Part shown: piece by piece, positions 48,779-57,693 of the stretch
Numbering within the stretch: the first letter of the stretch is position 1
Layout of the letters: the number at the start of each line of letters is the position of its first letter
Assembly: GCA_048941285.1 (NCBI GenBank)
Contig: JBHLNS010000011.1
Coordinates: forward strand, 1 to 64,000
DNA: 64,000 nucleotides
Origin: Promethearchaeota archaeon
GTDB taxonomy: Archaea > Asgardarchaeota > Lokiarchaeia > Sigyniarchaeales > SOKP01
Reading direction: 5' to 3'
Notes under the pieces: generated by a model
The model's input: the letters and a program-made list of their open reading frames with translations, nothing else
Database searches by the model: none
Told to the model about the DNA's origin: nothing
Translations under genes and position numbers: made by a program

Positions 48779-50923
48779 ATGGCTACGTTATTAATTACCG
48801 AAAAAAAAAAAGCTGCAGAAGCGATTGCAAATGCTTTAGGTACTACTTCAATAATAAAGCTGACAAAAGGATTAAATATTTATGTCATATCATCAAAAAA
48901 TATTTATATAATTCCTTTACGTGGCCATCTACTTGAATATAGAAATACGGAATATTATAAAAGTTGGACAAATCCCCCTCCACGTGAAATTATTACAAAT
49001 TCCGATTCTATTAAAAAATTTCAAATCAGTGGATTAAACCCTTATATTAAAGCTATTAAGGAGTATGCTAAAAAAACTGATCAAGTAATAATTTCAACTG
49101 ATGCAGATATTGAAGGATGTAATATTGGATTATTTGATGCGCTTCCTTATGCAAAAAAAGCAAATCCGAATATAAAAATATCACAATTATGGCTTAGCTC
49201 TCTTCAAAAAAATGAAATTATTAATAAATTTAATAATCTAATCATACCAAAATATAGTTGGGGTGAATCAGGAGAAGCAAGAGCTATAATTGATGCATTT
49301 ATTGGTTTTTCTGCTACTAGAGAAGTAACAAACACTCTGCGACCTTTACTAAATAAATTTAGAGTTCGATTTACTTCTATTGGACGTGTTCAGACTAGTC
49401 TTCTCTATTTAATATACCTTAGAGAAAAAGAGATTTTAAATTTTGTTTCAGAACCATATTTTTTGATTGATGCTGATCTAATACATTCAAAAGGAATTTT
49501 TAAAGCTCATCATAATCAAAATCCCTTTTCTAAGGATCAAGAAATTAAAGCAAAGCAAATCTTTCAAAAAATCAAAGACGAAAAGATTGGAAATATAATT
49601 GATAACTCCAAGAAAGCCATAAGAAGATCTCCGCCAACTCCTTTGAATACTTCAAAAGCTCTCGTGTTAATAACAAAGAATTTAAGAATTTCACCAAATA
49701 ATGCTATGCAAACGATGAATGCTTTATATTTGAATCAAATAATCTCTTACCCGAGAACTGATAGTGACGTATATAAAGCAGACTTTAAACATAAAGATAT
49801 TATAGAGCAATTTGTTTTACATCCACAATATAAAAACTATGTATCAACCCTATTAAAAGATAAAAGAATAACTCCAACCAAAGGAAAAAAAGATATGGGA
49901 GATCATCCACCTATTACACCCCTTGAAAGTTTAGATCTGAATAGTCCCAGATTTGAAAACAAATTACAAATAAGAGTTTACGATCTTCTTTCGCGTCATT
50001 ATCTCGCTCTCTTTGGCGAGGATGCTTTGGAATCAAAACAATCTTTAAAAATCTTAATTAAAGATGAAAAATTTCATGCTCAAGTCGTTTCGTTGATTTC
50101 TCCGGGGTTTTTAGACATCGCTCCCTTTCTTAAACCACAGTATGAAGAGGAGATCCAAATTATAGGAGACACAGTTCCTATAAAAGAAATTTTATTTCTC
50201 GAGAAAGAAACGCAGCCCCCTCCGAGGTATAATGATACATCCTTGCTTAAATTAATGGAAAAAAATCATTTAGGTACAAAATCAACAAGACCTATAATAA
50301 TTAAGTTATTACAAACTCGTAAATTAATTAAGAGAACAAAAAATAATTACATAATAACTGATTTAGGAAAATTTATAATTGAGAATTTAATTGAGATTTG
50401 GCTTCCTTTCTTAAAACCAGATTTCACTAAAAATGTGGAAGAAAGGCTTGAAGAAATTAAGAATCAGAAACAAAGCATGAAGAGTGTTGTAAATGAGATA
50501 AGGATGGAATTTTTGCAACTCTTTGATAGGTTCTTAGTCAATAAAACAAAATTAGTTTCTAAAATTGATAATTACAAGCTGGATTATACCATCCCTCTAA
50601 CTTCTTCAAATTGCCCTTTTTGCAGTAAAGCACCCATGAAATTCATAAACATTAAAAAAAAACGGTTTTTAGTCTGCTCTGATGATAAATGCAAAAAATA
50701 CTTATCGTTACCTAAGAACGGGAATTTAGAATTATTAAGTTCGACTTGCTCAATCTGCAAATTTAATATATTTAGAATTTCACTAAAAAAAAATAATAAA
50801 ACTTTTGACTATTATTTATGTCCTAAATGCTGGAATGAAGGTTTTAATGATAAAACAGGTAAAGGTTTTTGTTCTAATTGTGAGGATTTTAAAATTTATA
50901 AGGGGCAATGCATAAAAAAATAA
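48779..50923 (+). CDS. topA: Type IA DNA topoisomerase with C-terminal zinc ribbons
   Basis: TOPRIM (ITEK, TDADIEG), SIGRVQT, ISYPRTDS active Tyr, GTKSTR, C-terminal CxxC pairs. Confidence 0.95.
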   Translation: MATLLITEKKKAAEAIANALGTTSIIKLTKGLNIYVISSKNIYIIPLRGHLLEYRNTEYYKSWTNPPPREIITNSDSIKKFQISGLNPYIKAIKEYAKKTDQVIISTDADIEGCNIGLFDALPYAKKANPNIKISQLWLSSLQKNEIINKFNNLIIPKYSWGESGEARAIIDAFIGFSATREVTNTLRPLLNKFRVRFTSIGRVQTSLLYLIYLREKEILNFVSEPYFLIDADLIHSKGIFKAHHNQNPFSKDQEIKAKQIFQKIKDEKIGNIIDNSKKAIRRSPPTPLNTSKALVLITKNLRISPNNAMQTMNALYLNQIISYPRTDSDVYKADFKHKDIIEQFVLHPQYKNYVSTLLKDKRITPTKGKKDMGDHPPITPLESLDLNSPRFENKLQIRVYDLLSRHYLALFGEDALESKQSLKILIKDEKFHAQVVSLISPGFLDIAPFLKPQYEEEIQIIGDTVPIKEILFLEKETQPPPRYNDTSLLKLMEKNHLGTKSTRPIIIKLLQTRKLIKRTKNNYIITDLGKFIIENLIEIWLPFLKPDFTKNVEERLEEIKNQKQSMKSVVNEIRMEFLQLFDRFLVNKTKLVSKIDNYKLDYTIPLTSSNCPFCSKAPMKFINIKKKRFLVCSDDKCKKYLSLPKNGNLELLSSTCSICKFNIFRISLKKNNKTFDYYLCPKCWNEGFNDKTGKGFCSNCEDFKIYKGQCIKK

Positions 50924-50932
50924 AATTTGCAA

Positions 50933-51271
50933 CTAAAAGATATGTTTTGAATCAAAGCGATATGCTGCTCGTGTTAAACCAACATAATTATCAGATATCT
51001 TATAATACATCTTACCATTAACGATTTTTTTCTGGAGATAATTATTTTTAATATAATGATTTAGTGACGATATCATCGTGCCTAAAGTGACAGCTCCAAT
51101 AAATTCGTGCTGCTTCTTTGTGACTCTTATTAATTCTAATTCAGAATGCCATTGACCATCGAGAAGTGCCATTAATATTTCATTTTTTATAGGAGTATTA
51201 ATATCTTTAATTTTATTAAATAAATTTGAATAACTGGGCTTATAGTACGGGTTTTCTTTAAAATCTTCCAT
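50933..51271 (-). CDS. Small winged-helix protein
   Basis: ILMALLDGQWHSELEL..; beta-wing KKIVNGKMYYKI. Confidence 0.6.
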   Translation of the reverse strand: MEDFKENPYYKPSYSNLFNKIKDINTPIKNEILMALLDGQWHSELELIRVTKKQHEFIGAVTLGTMISSLNHYIKNNYLQKKIVNGKMYYKISDNYVGLTRAAYRFDSKHIF

Positions 51272-51665
51272 ATTTGATGAGACCTAAAAAATCGTGATTA
51301 TATTAAGGACTAATAATAGAATTTTTTATTTAATCAAATATGTGATCTCTGTATTATGAGGATATTCTATTTAAATACAAAATAGTCATTAATTTATTTA
51401 TATTGTATCAATTTGTTCAGTTCATTCAAATTACCGAATTTAAAGGGCTCGGAAAATAGAAATACAATATTTCTTTATATTTTAGTTATGATAAAAAAAA
51501 GCCAAAAAACAACTATTTAAGCCTTAATTTTTCTTCTAAAATTCAATTTCAGACTCTTTATGAAAACTTACAACATTTAATCAAAACAAAAAATGAAGAA
51601 ATTGAGAAAATACATATAAATATGAAAATTTATCGGCTTTATCACTAAAAATCATGTAAAAATGG

Positions 51666-52787
51666 TTATAAGAGATTTGGTGGTATTCCTTCATTATAAT
51701 ATCTAACTCTTGTAATCCAATTTTGAGAAAACTCGGGTATCATTGCTAATATTGATCCCCCTATCCAAACAGAAAAAGTTCGCTCCATTGGAGCAATAAT
51801 TCTAATCCCAAGATTCTTTTTTTTCCTCCTAGCCAATTCTAATTCCAGCTCTTGATACATTCGTGATTTTAAATTGGGGAACATTGAGGACCCTCCTGAT
51901 AGAAAAATGTTATTTAATAATTGAGGACGGATGTCTAGATCACATGCTTCTATGACATCCATAATTGCTACATGTAATGCGTCTTCTTCTAACTCTGAAG
52001 CTGGTTTAAATAACAATTCGGGGACGATAAATCGTTCTTTATTAAGTGAAATTGTAGAACCGTCAGGTAAGGAATATTCTTTCTCATATTGTTCGCTTCG
52101 TTTTAAATCTTCATTATAATCTAACGACACAAAACATGCCTTTTCTTTTAACACTCTTACTAACTCTCGACGTATTGAAGAATCAACAGACCATCCGATA
52201 GATTCTAATACATTTTCCATATAACGAGTTATTACTCGCCCTCCTATATCCAAAATCCTAACAGCATGTTCTAATTTGTATCCTTCATAAATTGGAACTA
52301 TTCTAGTATTGCTATCCCCAATTTCTACAATTAAGCCAGTTTGAAATCCTCCTGAATAGAGCGTTAGCATTGAATCTAATACGGGATAAAAAGCCATGCA
52401 TTGGTATCTTTCTAAAAATAATTCAAATACCTTCTCTAGATCTTGGTATGGAAATAATGGATGTACTGCAAATAGTACATTAACGAGTGTGGGGTCAACT
52501 CTTAAATTATAAAAGATATAATCAATAATATTTGTTAAATGGTTCCAATCTACTACAATTCCTTTTTCAATTGGATGAAAAATTTTATATAATCCTATTG
52601 ATTGAATTTCATCTCCTACATATATTTCATCTTCACGAGACTCTTTACCCCCATAATTAACACCGACATCTTGATATTTCGGTTTACCAACCATTGTAAG
52701 AAATACTTGAGAGGGTGTATCTTCCCCCGCAAATCCAATTTTTGTCGAAAACTGACCAATATCAAGAACAACTGTAAGATTTCCCAT
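51666..52787 (-). CDS. Actin-family (actin-related) protein
   Basis: KIGFAGED.P, YVGDE, PIEKG, VPIYEGY, KEKACFV, YSLPDG, ERF.VPE.LF.P, LSGGSSMFP, IIAP.ER..SVWIGGSILA. Confidence 0.97.
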   Translation of the reverse strand: MGNLTVVLDIGQFSTKIGFAGEDTPSQVFLTMVGKPKYQDVGVNYGGKESREDEIYVGDEIQSIGLYKIFHPIEKGIVVDWNHLTNIIDYIFYNLRVDPTLVNVLFAVHPLFPYQDLEKVFELFLERYQCMAFYPVLDSMLTLYSGGFQTGLIVEIGDSNTRIVPIYEGYKLEHAVRILDIGGRVITRYMENVLESIGWSVDSSIRRELVRVLKEKACFVSLDYNEDLKRSEQYEKEYSLPDGSTISLNKERFIVPELLFKPASELEEDALHVAIMDVIEACDLDIRPQLLNNIFLSGGSSMFPNLKSRMYQELELELARRKKKNLGIRIIAPMERTFSVWIGGSILAMIPEFSQNWITRVRYYNEGIPPNLL

Positions 52788-52918
52788 GCCTCAATTTTTC
52801 TAAATTTAATTTAAGATAATTACCCTAAGTATCTATATCTAATATATTAATTTAATTATTAAAAAAATACTATTAAAACTAATAATTAGATAAAAAAAGA
52901 AGAAAAATCTAAAATATC

Positions 52919-53611
52919 TTATTCTCCTCTCATGATTTTCTTCAGACGATTCAATTCATCTAACATCTCATCTCGAAGAGAACTTAATCCTCCACCAGCT
53001 TTTGGAGCCACTGCTGATGCTGCTGGAGGACCAGCACTAGGTGGTCCAGGTCTTTTCGCAAATGCAGGTGCTGCCGGAGGACCAGCACTGGGCGCTTTAG
53101 GAGGACCACCGCTTGGAGGAGCACTAGGGACACCTCCGCCAGTAGGAGGCAATTTTGGGGCGGGAGGTAAACTAGGTTTTTTAGGAGGTCCACCACCACT
53201 TGGTGGCGCAGCAGGAGGACTTACTTTTATAGGAGGACCAGCACTGGGTGGTTTAGGAGCAGATGGAGGTCCTCCACCAGGAGGCGCAGGAGCTGCTGGA
53301 ATACTAGTCATTGGAGCTGCTGCAGGGGCTTGAGCTGGACTTCCACTACTTAATAATGAAAATAATGTACTTGCTGCTGCAGTCTTAGCTTGACCACTAG
53401 TTGAAGCAACAATTTTTTTAGAGGAAGTACTTACAGTTTGAACCTCTTCAACAACAGAAACTTCCTTCAAATCTTTCTGAGCTTTAGCCAATGACTTAAT
53501 AAAGTCATTTATTCCCTTTACTGTGTCTTCTAGATCATCAGCTAAAGAAGTTAAACCTTTTTTCATAAAATTAATTACTCGTTCAATCTTTTTCTGTTCT
53601 TTTGAAACCAC
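52919..53611 (-). CDS. Coiled-coil / Gly-Pro-Pro-rich / C-terminal amphipathic helix protein, candidate actin regulator
   Basis: N-terminal heptads, 7 GPP motifs, C-terminus GGGLSSLRDEMLDELNRLKKIMRGE. Confidence 0.75.
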   Translation of the reverse strand: MVSKEQKKIERVINFMKKGLTSLADDLEDTVKGINDFIKSLAKAQKDLKEVSVVEEVQTVSTSSKKIVASTSGQAKTAAASTLFSLLSSGSPAQAPAAAPMTSIPAAPAPPGGGPPSAPKPPSAGPPIKVSPPAAPPSGGGPPKKPSLPPAPKLPPTGGGVPSAPPSGGPPKAPSAGPPAAPAFAKRPGPPSAGPPAASAVAPKAGGGLSSLRDEMLDELNRLKKIMRGE

Positions 53612-53876
53612 GATCTATTCAATTCCTCTAATGTTTTTAAATAATTGATTAAAGTAAAAATTACTATTTATAACCTTTATATTTTTATTATATTAATATG
53701 TATTTATATTTTTATTCCATTCTTTTTCAAGTCTATAAATCCCAATATTACGTACATCTAGAAAAAACGTTAACTATTAAAAAACCTAAACTAATAATAT
53801 TATAAAACATATTTCATTAGTAAGTTTAAAAATTATAAAAATTTCAATTTCAAGAAATTAAAAAGGTTTGCATAAA

Positions 53877-54143
53877 ATGCCTAAGCGAGAACTATTCATT
53901 AAACGGGTTTATGAAATTGTAAACGAGCTTAAAATCCCCCTAATCGATGAGAGAGTTTATGATAGCGTTAAGTTCAATACAGGGGCAGCAGTTGCAGCTG
54001 TTATTTTCAGGTTTGAGGAAGATGAATCTGTAATTCGTGGATTTTTAGGTCTTGCTGAATACTTTCATACAGTTGTGATCAAGCGCAAAGATGAATTCTA
54101 TATTCCCCATGCTTCCATTCTTTTCAGACTTATAAGTGCTTAG
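53877..54143 (+). CDS. Small hypothetical protein (88 aa)
   Basis: Clean ATG ORF with globular alpha/beta composition, divergent from the Pro-rich gene. Confidence 0.75.
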   Translation: MPKRELFIKRVYEIVNELKIPLIDERVYDSVKFNTGAAVAAVIFRFEEDESVIRGFLGLAEYFHTVVIKRKDEFYIPHASILFRLISA

Positions 54144-54263
54144 GGTGAAGCTTTCTCAATTATTGATCCTCATCTCCTTTTATAAAAATCTTTTTTTTAC
54201 TTTTCTTTAAAATCTTAATTGTCAAAATTTGTATTTTTAACTTTGGCTATTAAGATATTATAT

Positions 54264-55628
54264 CTATTCCAAGAGTGAAGATTTAACATAATAGGTTTGG
54301 TTAATTTTTATGTTTTTATTTATTATTAGTATTATAATAACCCAGATTACTAACAAATAAAAATTTCTTGGAATCACAAGAATAATTAACGAAGTACCTA
54401 AAAAATATATAGACCATCTTATTTTGTCAATATTTTTTTCTACATTTAGATCTTTGAAATGAAAACATAACCATAAAATAATGATGGGGACATGGAAAGT
54501 GAAATAATATTTATATACACCCCTAGGCAAGAATAAATGAGATGAAAAAGCTGTATATGTAATAATGTCTAAAAATTTTAACCAATTTAGAGTTTTTTGA
54601 TAATACCAATAATGTAAGAACATTATTATAATTATTTCTATAACAAATATGCCAATGAAAGAAAAACTTAAAAACCCTACAATATAAATTGTCCAATATG
54701 GGAGATTCAACCCTACTAAAAAGCTATACCAATGTACTGGAGAATTAGAATTTGGAATTTGAAGATCTGGTAAAAACGTAAATCCTTGAGTGACAAATAT
54801 AGAATTTATATACCCTCTGGGATTAATTATAATCCATGGTAAAGATCCTATTAATATAGTTCCTGATAATATTGTAGAATATATTAAAAGATTTTTAAAA
54901 TATTGAGTTATAAATTTACCCTCTTTATTTTTACTAGATTCAATCACAATATAGGCAAGTATAGGTAAAATGAAGAATATAACAATCTGCTTAAAAAGAA
55001 ATGAAGTTGCTAACAAAATGCAAGCGGATTTATATTTTTTTATAGAAATGAAATATAAAGTTATTATAAAGAAACAAGTTACAAGTGACGTGTTTAATAA
55101 CAAGCCGCCGTTATAGAAAATTAATAAAGGGCAAAAAATTGTAGTTAAAAAACCCCATTCTGCTACTTTTACATTACATTGTGTTAAAAGGAACTTGTAA
55201 ATAATAATTGGCAGTAAATTTGTTGAGATTAAAAGAGGAATAAATATAAGGTTGAGATCTATTAAACCCGGTAATGTTATAATATATAGAAAAAAGGGGG
55301 GATAAATGTAATAATATTGCCTAAATCCAACAAATAAATCCCATAAATAAGAAAACCAATTTGTATATCCTTCTATATCCGGAAAAAAGTAAGTATAGGG
55401 AATCCAATTTTCATGGAGCAAATTTTCTACAAAAGATTTATACCATATTTGATAATCTTGATATGGTTCAAGAGAAGATCTTAAAAATTCATAGAAGAAG
55501 GTATTTTGAGAAATTTGAGATATCCAATTAAAATAATTAAATCCAATTATAAGGAAGATTTGGATAAAGAATGAAATTAAAAAAGCGAAGATAAGCTTTT
55601 TTCGGAATTTTAGATTATGCAATCTCAT
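54264..55628 (-). CDS. GT-C fold membrane glycosyltransferase (GT87/PMT-like)
   Basis: Loop Asp (QDY), YIYPPFF, FKQ, YKYYF; more than 10 TM. Confidence 0.65.
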   Translation of the reverse strand: MRLHNLKFRKKLIFAFLISFFIQIFLIIGFNYFNWISQISQNTFFYEFLRSSLEPYQDYQIWYKSFVENLLHENWIPYTYFFPDIEGYTNWFSYLWDLFVGFRQYYYIYPPFFLYIITLPGLIDLNLIFIPLLISTNLLPIIIYKFLLTQCNVKVAEWGFLTTIFCPLLIFYNGGLLLNTSLVTCFFIITLYFISIKKYKSACILLATSFLFKQIVIFFILPILAYIVIESSKNKEGKFITQYFKNLLIYSTILSGTILIGSLPWIIINPRGYINSIFVTQGFTFLPDLQIPNSNSPVHWYSFLVGLNLPYWTIYIVGFLSFSFIGIFVIEIIIIMFLHYWYYQKTLNWLKFLDIITYTAFSSHLFLPRGVYKYYFTFHVPIIILWLCFHFKDLNVEKNIDKIRWSIYFLGTSLIILVIPRNFYLLVIWVIIILIINKNIKINQTYYVKSSLLE

Positions 55629-55660
55629 TTTTTACATTTATAACAAATTTTATTTAAGAT

Positions 55661-56371
55661 TTATTTGTTTAAGATATAATATTTAGAATTGCCTATTATG
55701 TCTAATACTTCCGCTTCAGGAACATCATACCAATTCTTATAAGCATCAGCAACTGCAAACCATAAATTAGTTCTTACATTCGGGCAAAAGATCTCAGAGA
55801 CTTCATGTTTTATAATTTTAATAGTCCTCAGGGGAGCAGTTGGTATAGCAATATAAATGCTTTTTGGATTATATTTCTTTATCATGCTAATTCCCGCCAA
55901 CATTGTAAATCCTGAGGCTAACCCATCATCAAGTAATATTACATTCTTAGATTGAATGTTTCTAGCATAAAGTTCCTGTAAATTTAAACTTCTTCCATAA
56001 AATTTGATTCTTTGTTCTATTTCTTCTTTGGTTAATGCTATCGAATATTTAATTTGCTTATCAGAAAGGTTTAATTGGCTTAATAATGGTTGATTAAAGA
56101 ATACGGTGCCATCAGTCGTAATCGCACCAAATCCCGCTTCAGTATTATGAGGAATTTTTAATTTTCTGACAATTAGAATATCATAGTAGATTTTAAATTG
56201 TGAACAAAATCCTTCGGTTACTGGTACACCTCCATTAGGAATCGCAAAACAAAAGAAGTTTTCAGGAGTTTGTGAAATTTTACCATAAAATTCTTGATAA
56301 CTATCCTTAATATAGTTTGTAAGTATTTTTCCTGCTAAAAATCTTGATTCATACTTTAATGCGTTAATCAT
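55661..56371 (-). CDS. Phosphoribosyltransferase (type I PRT)
   Basis: IPNGGVP, VRKL..P.N.EAGFGA, ILLDDGLASGFT. Confidence 0.9.
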   Translation of the reverse strand: MINALKYESRFLAGKILTNYIKDSYQEFYGKISQTPENFFCFAIPNGGVPVTEGFCSQFKIYYDILIVRKLKIPHNTEAGFGAITTDGTVFFNQPLLSQLNLSDKQIKYSIALTKEEIEQRIKFYGRSLNLQELYARNIQSKNVILLDDGLASGFTMLAGISMIKKYNPKSIYIAIPTAPLRTIKIIKHEVSEIFCPNVRTNLWFAVADAYKNWYDVPEAEVLDIIGNSKYYILNK

Positions 56372-56526
56372 AGAATTTAATTGAAGATTTTTTTTTTAGA
56401 ATTAATCTTATACTTGACCGAATAGTTATGTATTATATAAAAGCATTTATCTGATAAATTTATATATATGAAATTGGATTAGTAATGTAACTATTCTATA
56501 ATCCACAAAAAAATAGATGAGAATAT

Positions 56527-57351
56527 ATGAGGAAATCTATCCCAATATTAGTATGCTTGTTAGGGATCTTTTTCTTTATACCCTTTATAAATTTCTCTAG
56601 AGCCTTACCTCCTTCGTATATCGGAGTACAAACAGGTGAACAATATACATGGACACTAAGGATAAATGCTAATACTTTTGCACAATATGCAACTGATACG
56701 GGGCAACCTATTCCACCAGAATTCTCCATGTTTGAAACTATGGGGGGAATTCAAGTGAGGGGTACAGTAGCTTGGATTAGTGATGAATATATTGACATAT
56801 TTAACTATGTAATAATTAATTTAACCATAGCTATGTATGTACCGGGATATGGGTGGATGGAATATCCTGAACCAGGAAACCCAACACCTTTACCTATTAT
56901 TGTATTAAGTAATGAAACATCAAATTACTTCAATAATACGCTAAATGCAATGGGAAGCATCACTTTACCACCCCCTATTTCTTTTGCCCTTCCATTTTTA
57001 ATTGTCCCTCATAATTTAAACTGGACAGATGCAATCTTAGGTTTAAATGAGCTATTTCAGGGATTTACTGGAGGAATGACTGGAATAACTATTGAAGAAT
57101 TTGGAAGAGGATTCAAAGTCACAATACCCGAACAACTGGTCAATAGTACTGTTGTAAAACAAACGGAATATATTGCTCAATGGAACGAAAAAGGTGTTTT
57201 TGGACAAGGACAAGTGCTTTATGGAGGTGCGACATTGATGGCTGTGAATGTCCCGGAAGCCGAAATTCCTGGATTTGAAATCACAATTCTTGTTAGCGTT
57301 CTAGGGATTAGTACGATAGGATTAGTTTATTATATAAAGAAAAGGAAATAA
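56527..57351 (+). CDS. Secreted surface protein with a Loki-CTERM-like C-terminal anchor
   Basis: Signal peptide; C-terminus IPGF + TM + KKRK. Confidence 0.75.
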   Translation: MRKSIPILVCLLGIFFFIPFINFSRALPPSYIGVQTGEQYTWTLRINANTFAQYATDTGQPIPPEFSMFETMGGIQVRGTVAWISDEYIDIFNYVIINLTIAMYVPGYGWMEYPEPGNPTPLPIIVLSNETSNYFNNTLNAMGSITLPPPISFALPFLIVPHNLNWTDAILGLNELFQGFTGGMTGITIEEFGRGFKVTIPEQLVNSTVVKQTEYIAQWNEKGVFGQGQVLYGGATLMAVNVPEAEIPGFEITILVSVLGISTIGLVYYIKKRK

Positions 57352-57369
57352 TACTCTAAATTAATAATC

Positions 57370-57381
57370 TTTTTTTTTTTT
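57370..57381 (+). terminator. Oligo-T archaeal terminator
   Basis: T12 run about 20 nt after the stop of 56527..57351. Confidence 0.55.
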
Positions 57382-57420
57382 ATAATATTAAAACTTAAAT
57401 AATTTATTATTTAGATTCAG

Positions 57421-57690
57421 ATGGAATTTTTTGATTCAGTACTATTTATCTTCTTTATATTAATTCTGTTATGGCTTATCAAAGCCGATTTTCTTTTTTT
57501 AATTTTAGGTATAGCTGCATTTTTATATTTTCTAATTATATTATTTTCAGAAAATCCTCTTCAAATAACATTTTCAATTTTGAATTTTTTATTTATGAAC
57601 CCTTTAGGTTTATTTCTAATTTTTGTCCCACTAATTTTATATATCTTAAAAGAGGGTGTGAAAAAATATTTGAGTCAAAAAAGAGAATAA
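57421..57690 (+). CDS. Small hydrophobic membrane protein
   Basis: 89 aa, almost entirely hydrophobic, with a basic tail. Confidence 0.55.
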   Translation: MEFFDSVLFIFFILILLWLIKADFLFLILGIAAFLYFLIILFSENPLQITFSILNFLFMNPLGLFLIFVPLILYILKEGVKKYLSQKRE

Positions 57691-57693
57691 ATT

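Noticed and set aside
51272-51665. 394-nt gap downstream of the actin gene, checked for hidden ORFs or RNA
   Set aside because: Only short or start-less AT-rich frames and no clear structure
52932-53333. 133-aa Gly-rich plus-strand ORF
   Set aside because: Antisense shadow of the Pro-rich gene (CCN codons read as Gly on the other strand)
53020-53340. GC-rich island with GGAGGACCAGCACT repeated three times; considered as foreign DNA, an RNA gene or a CRISPR array
   Set aside because: Explained by Pro/Gly/Ala codons (SAGPP repeats); irregular spacing and no spacers
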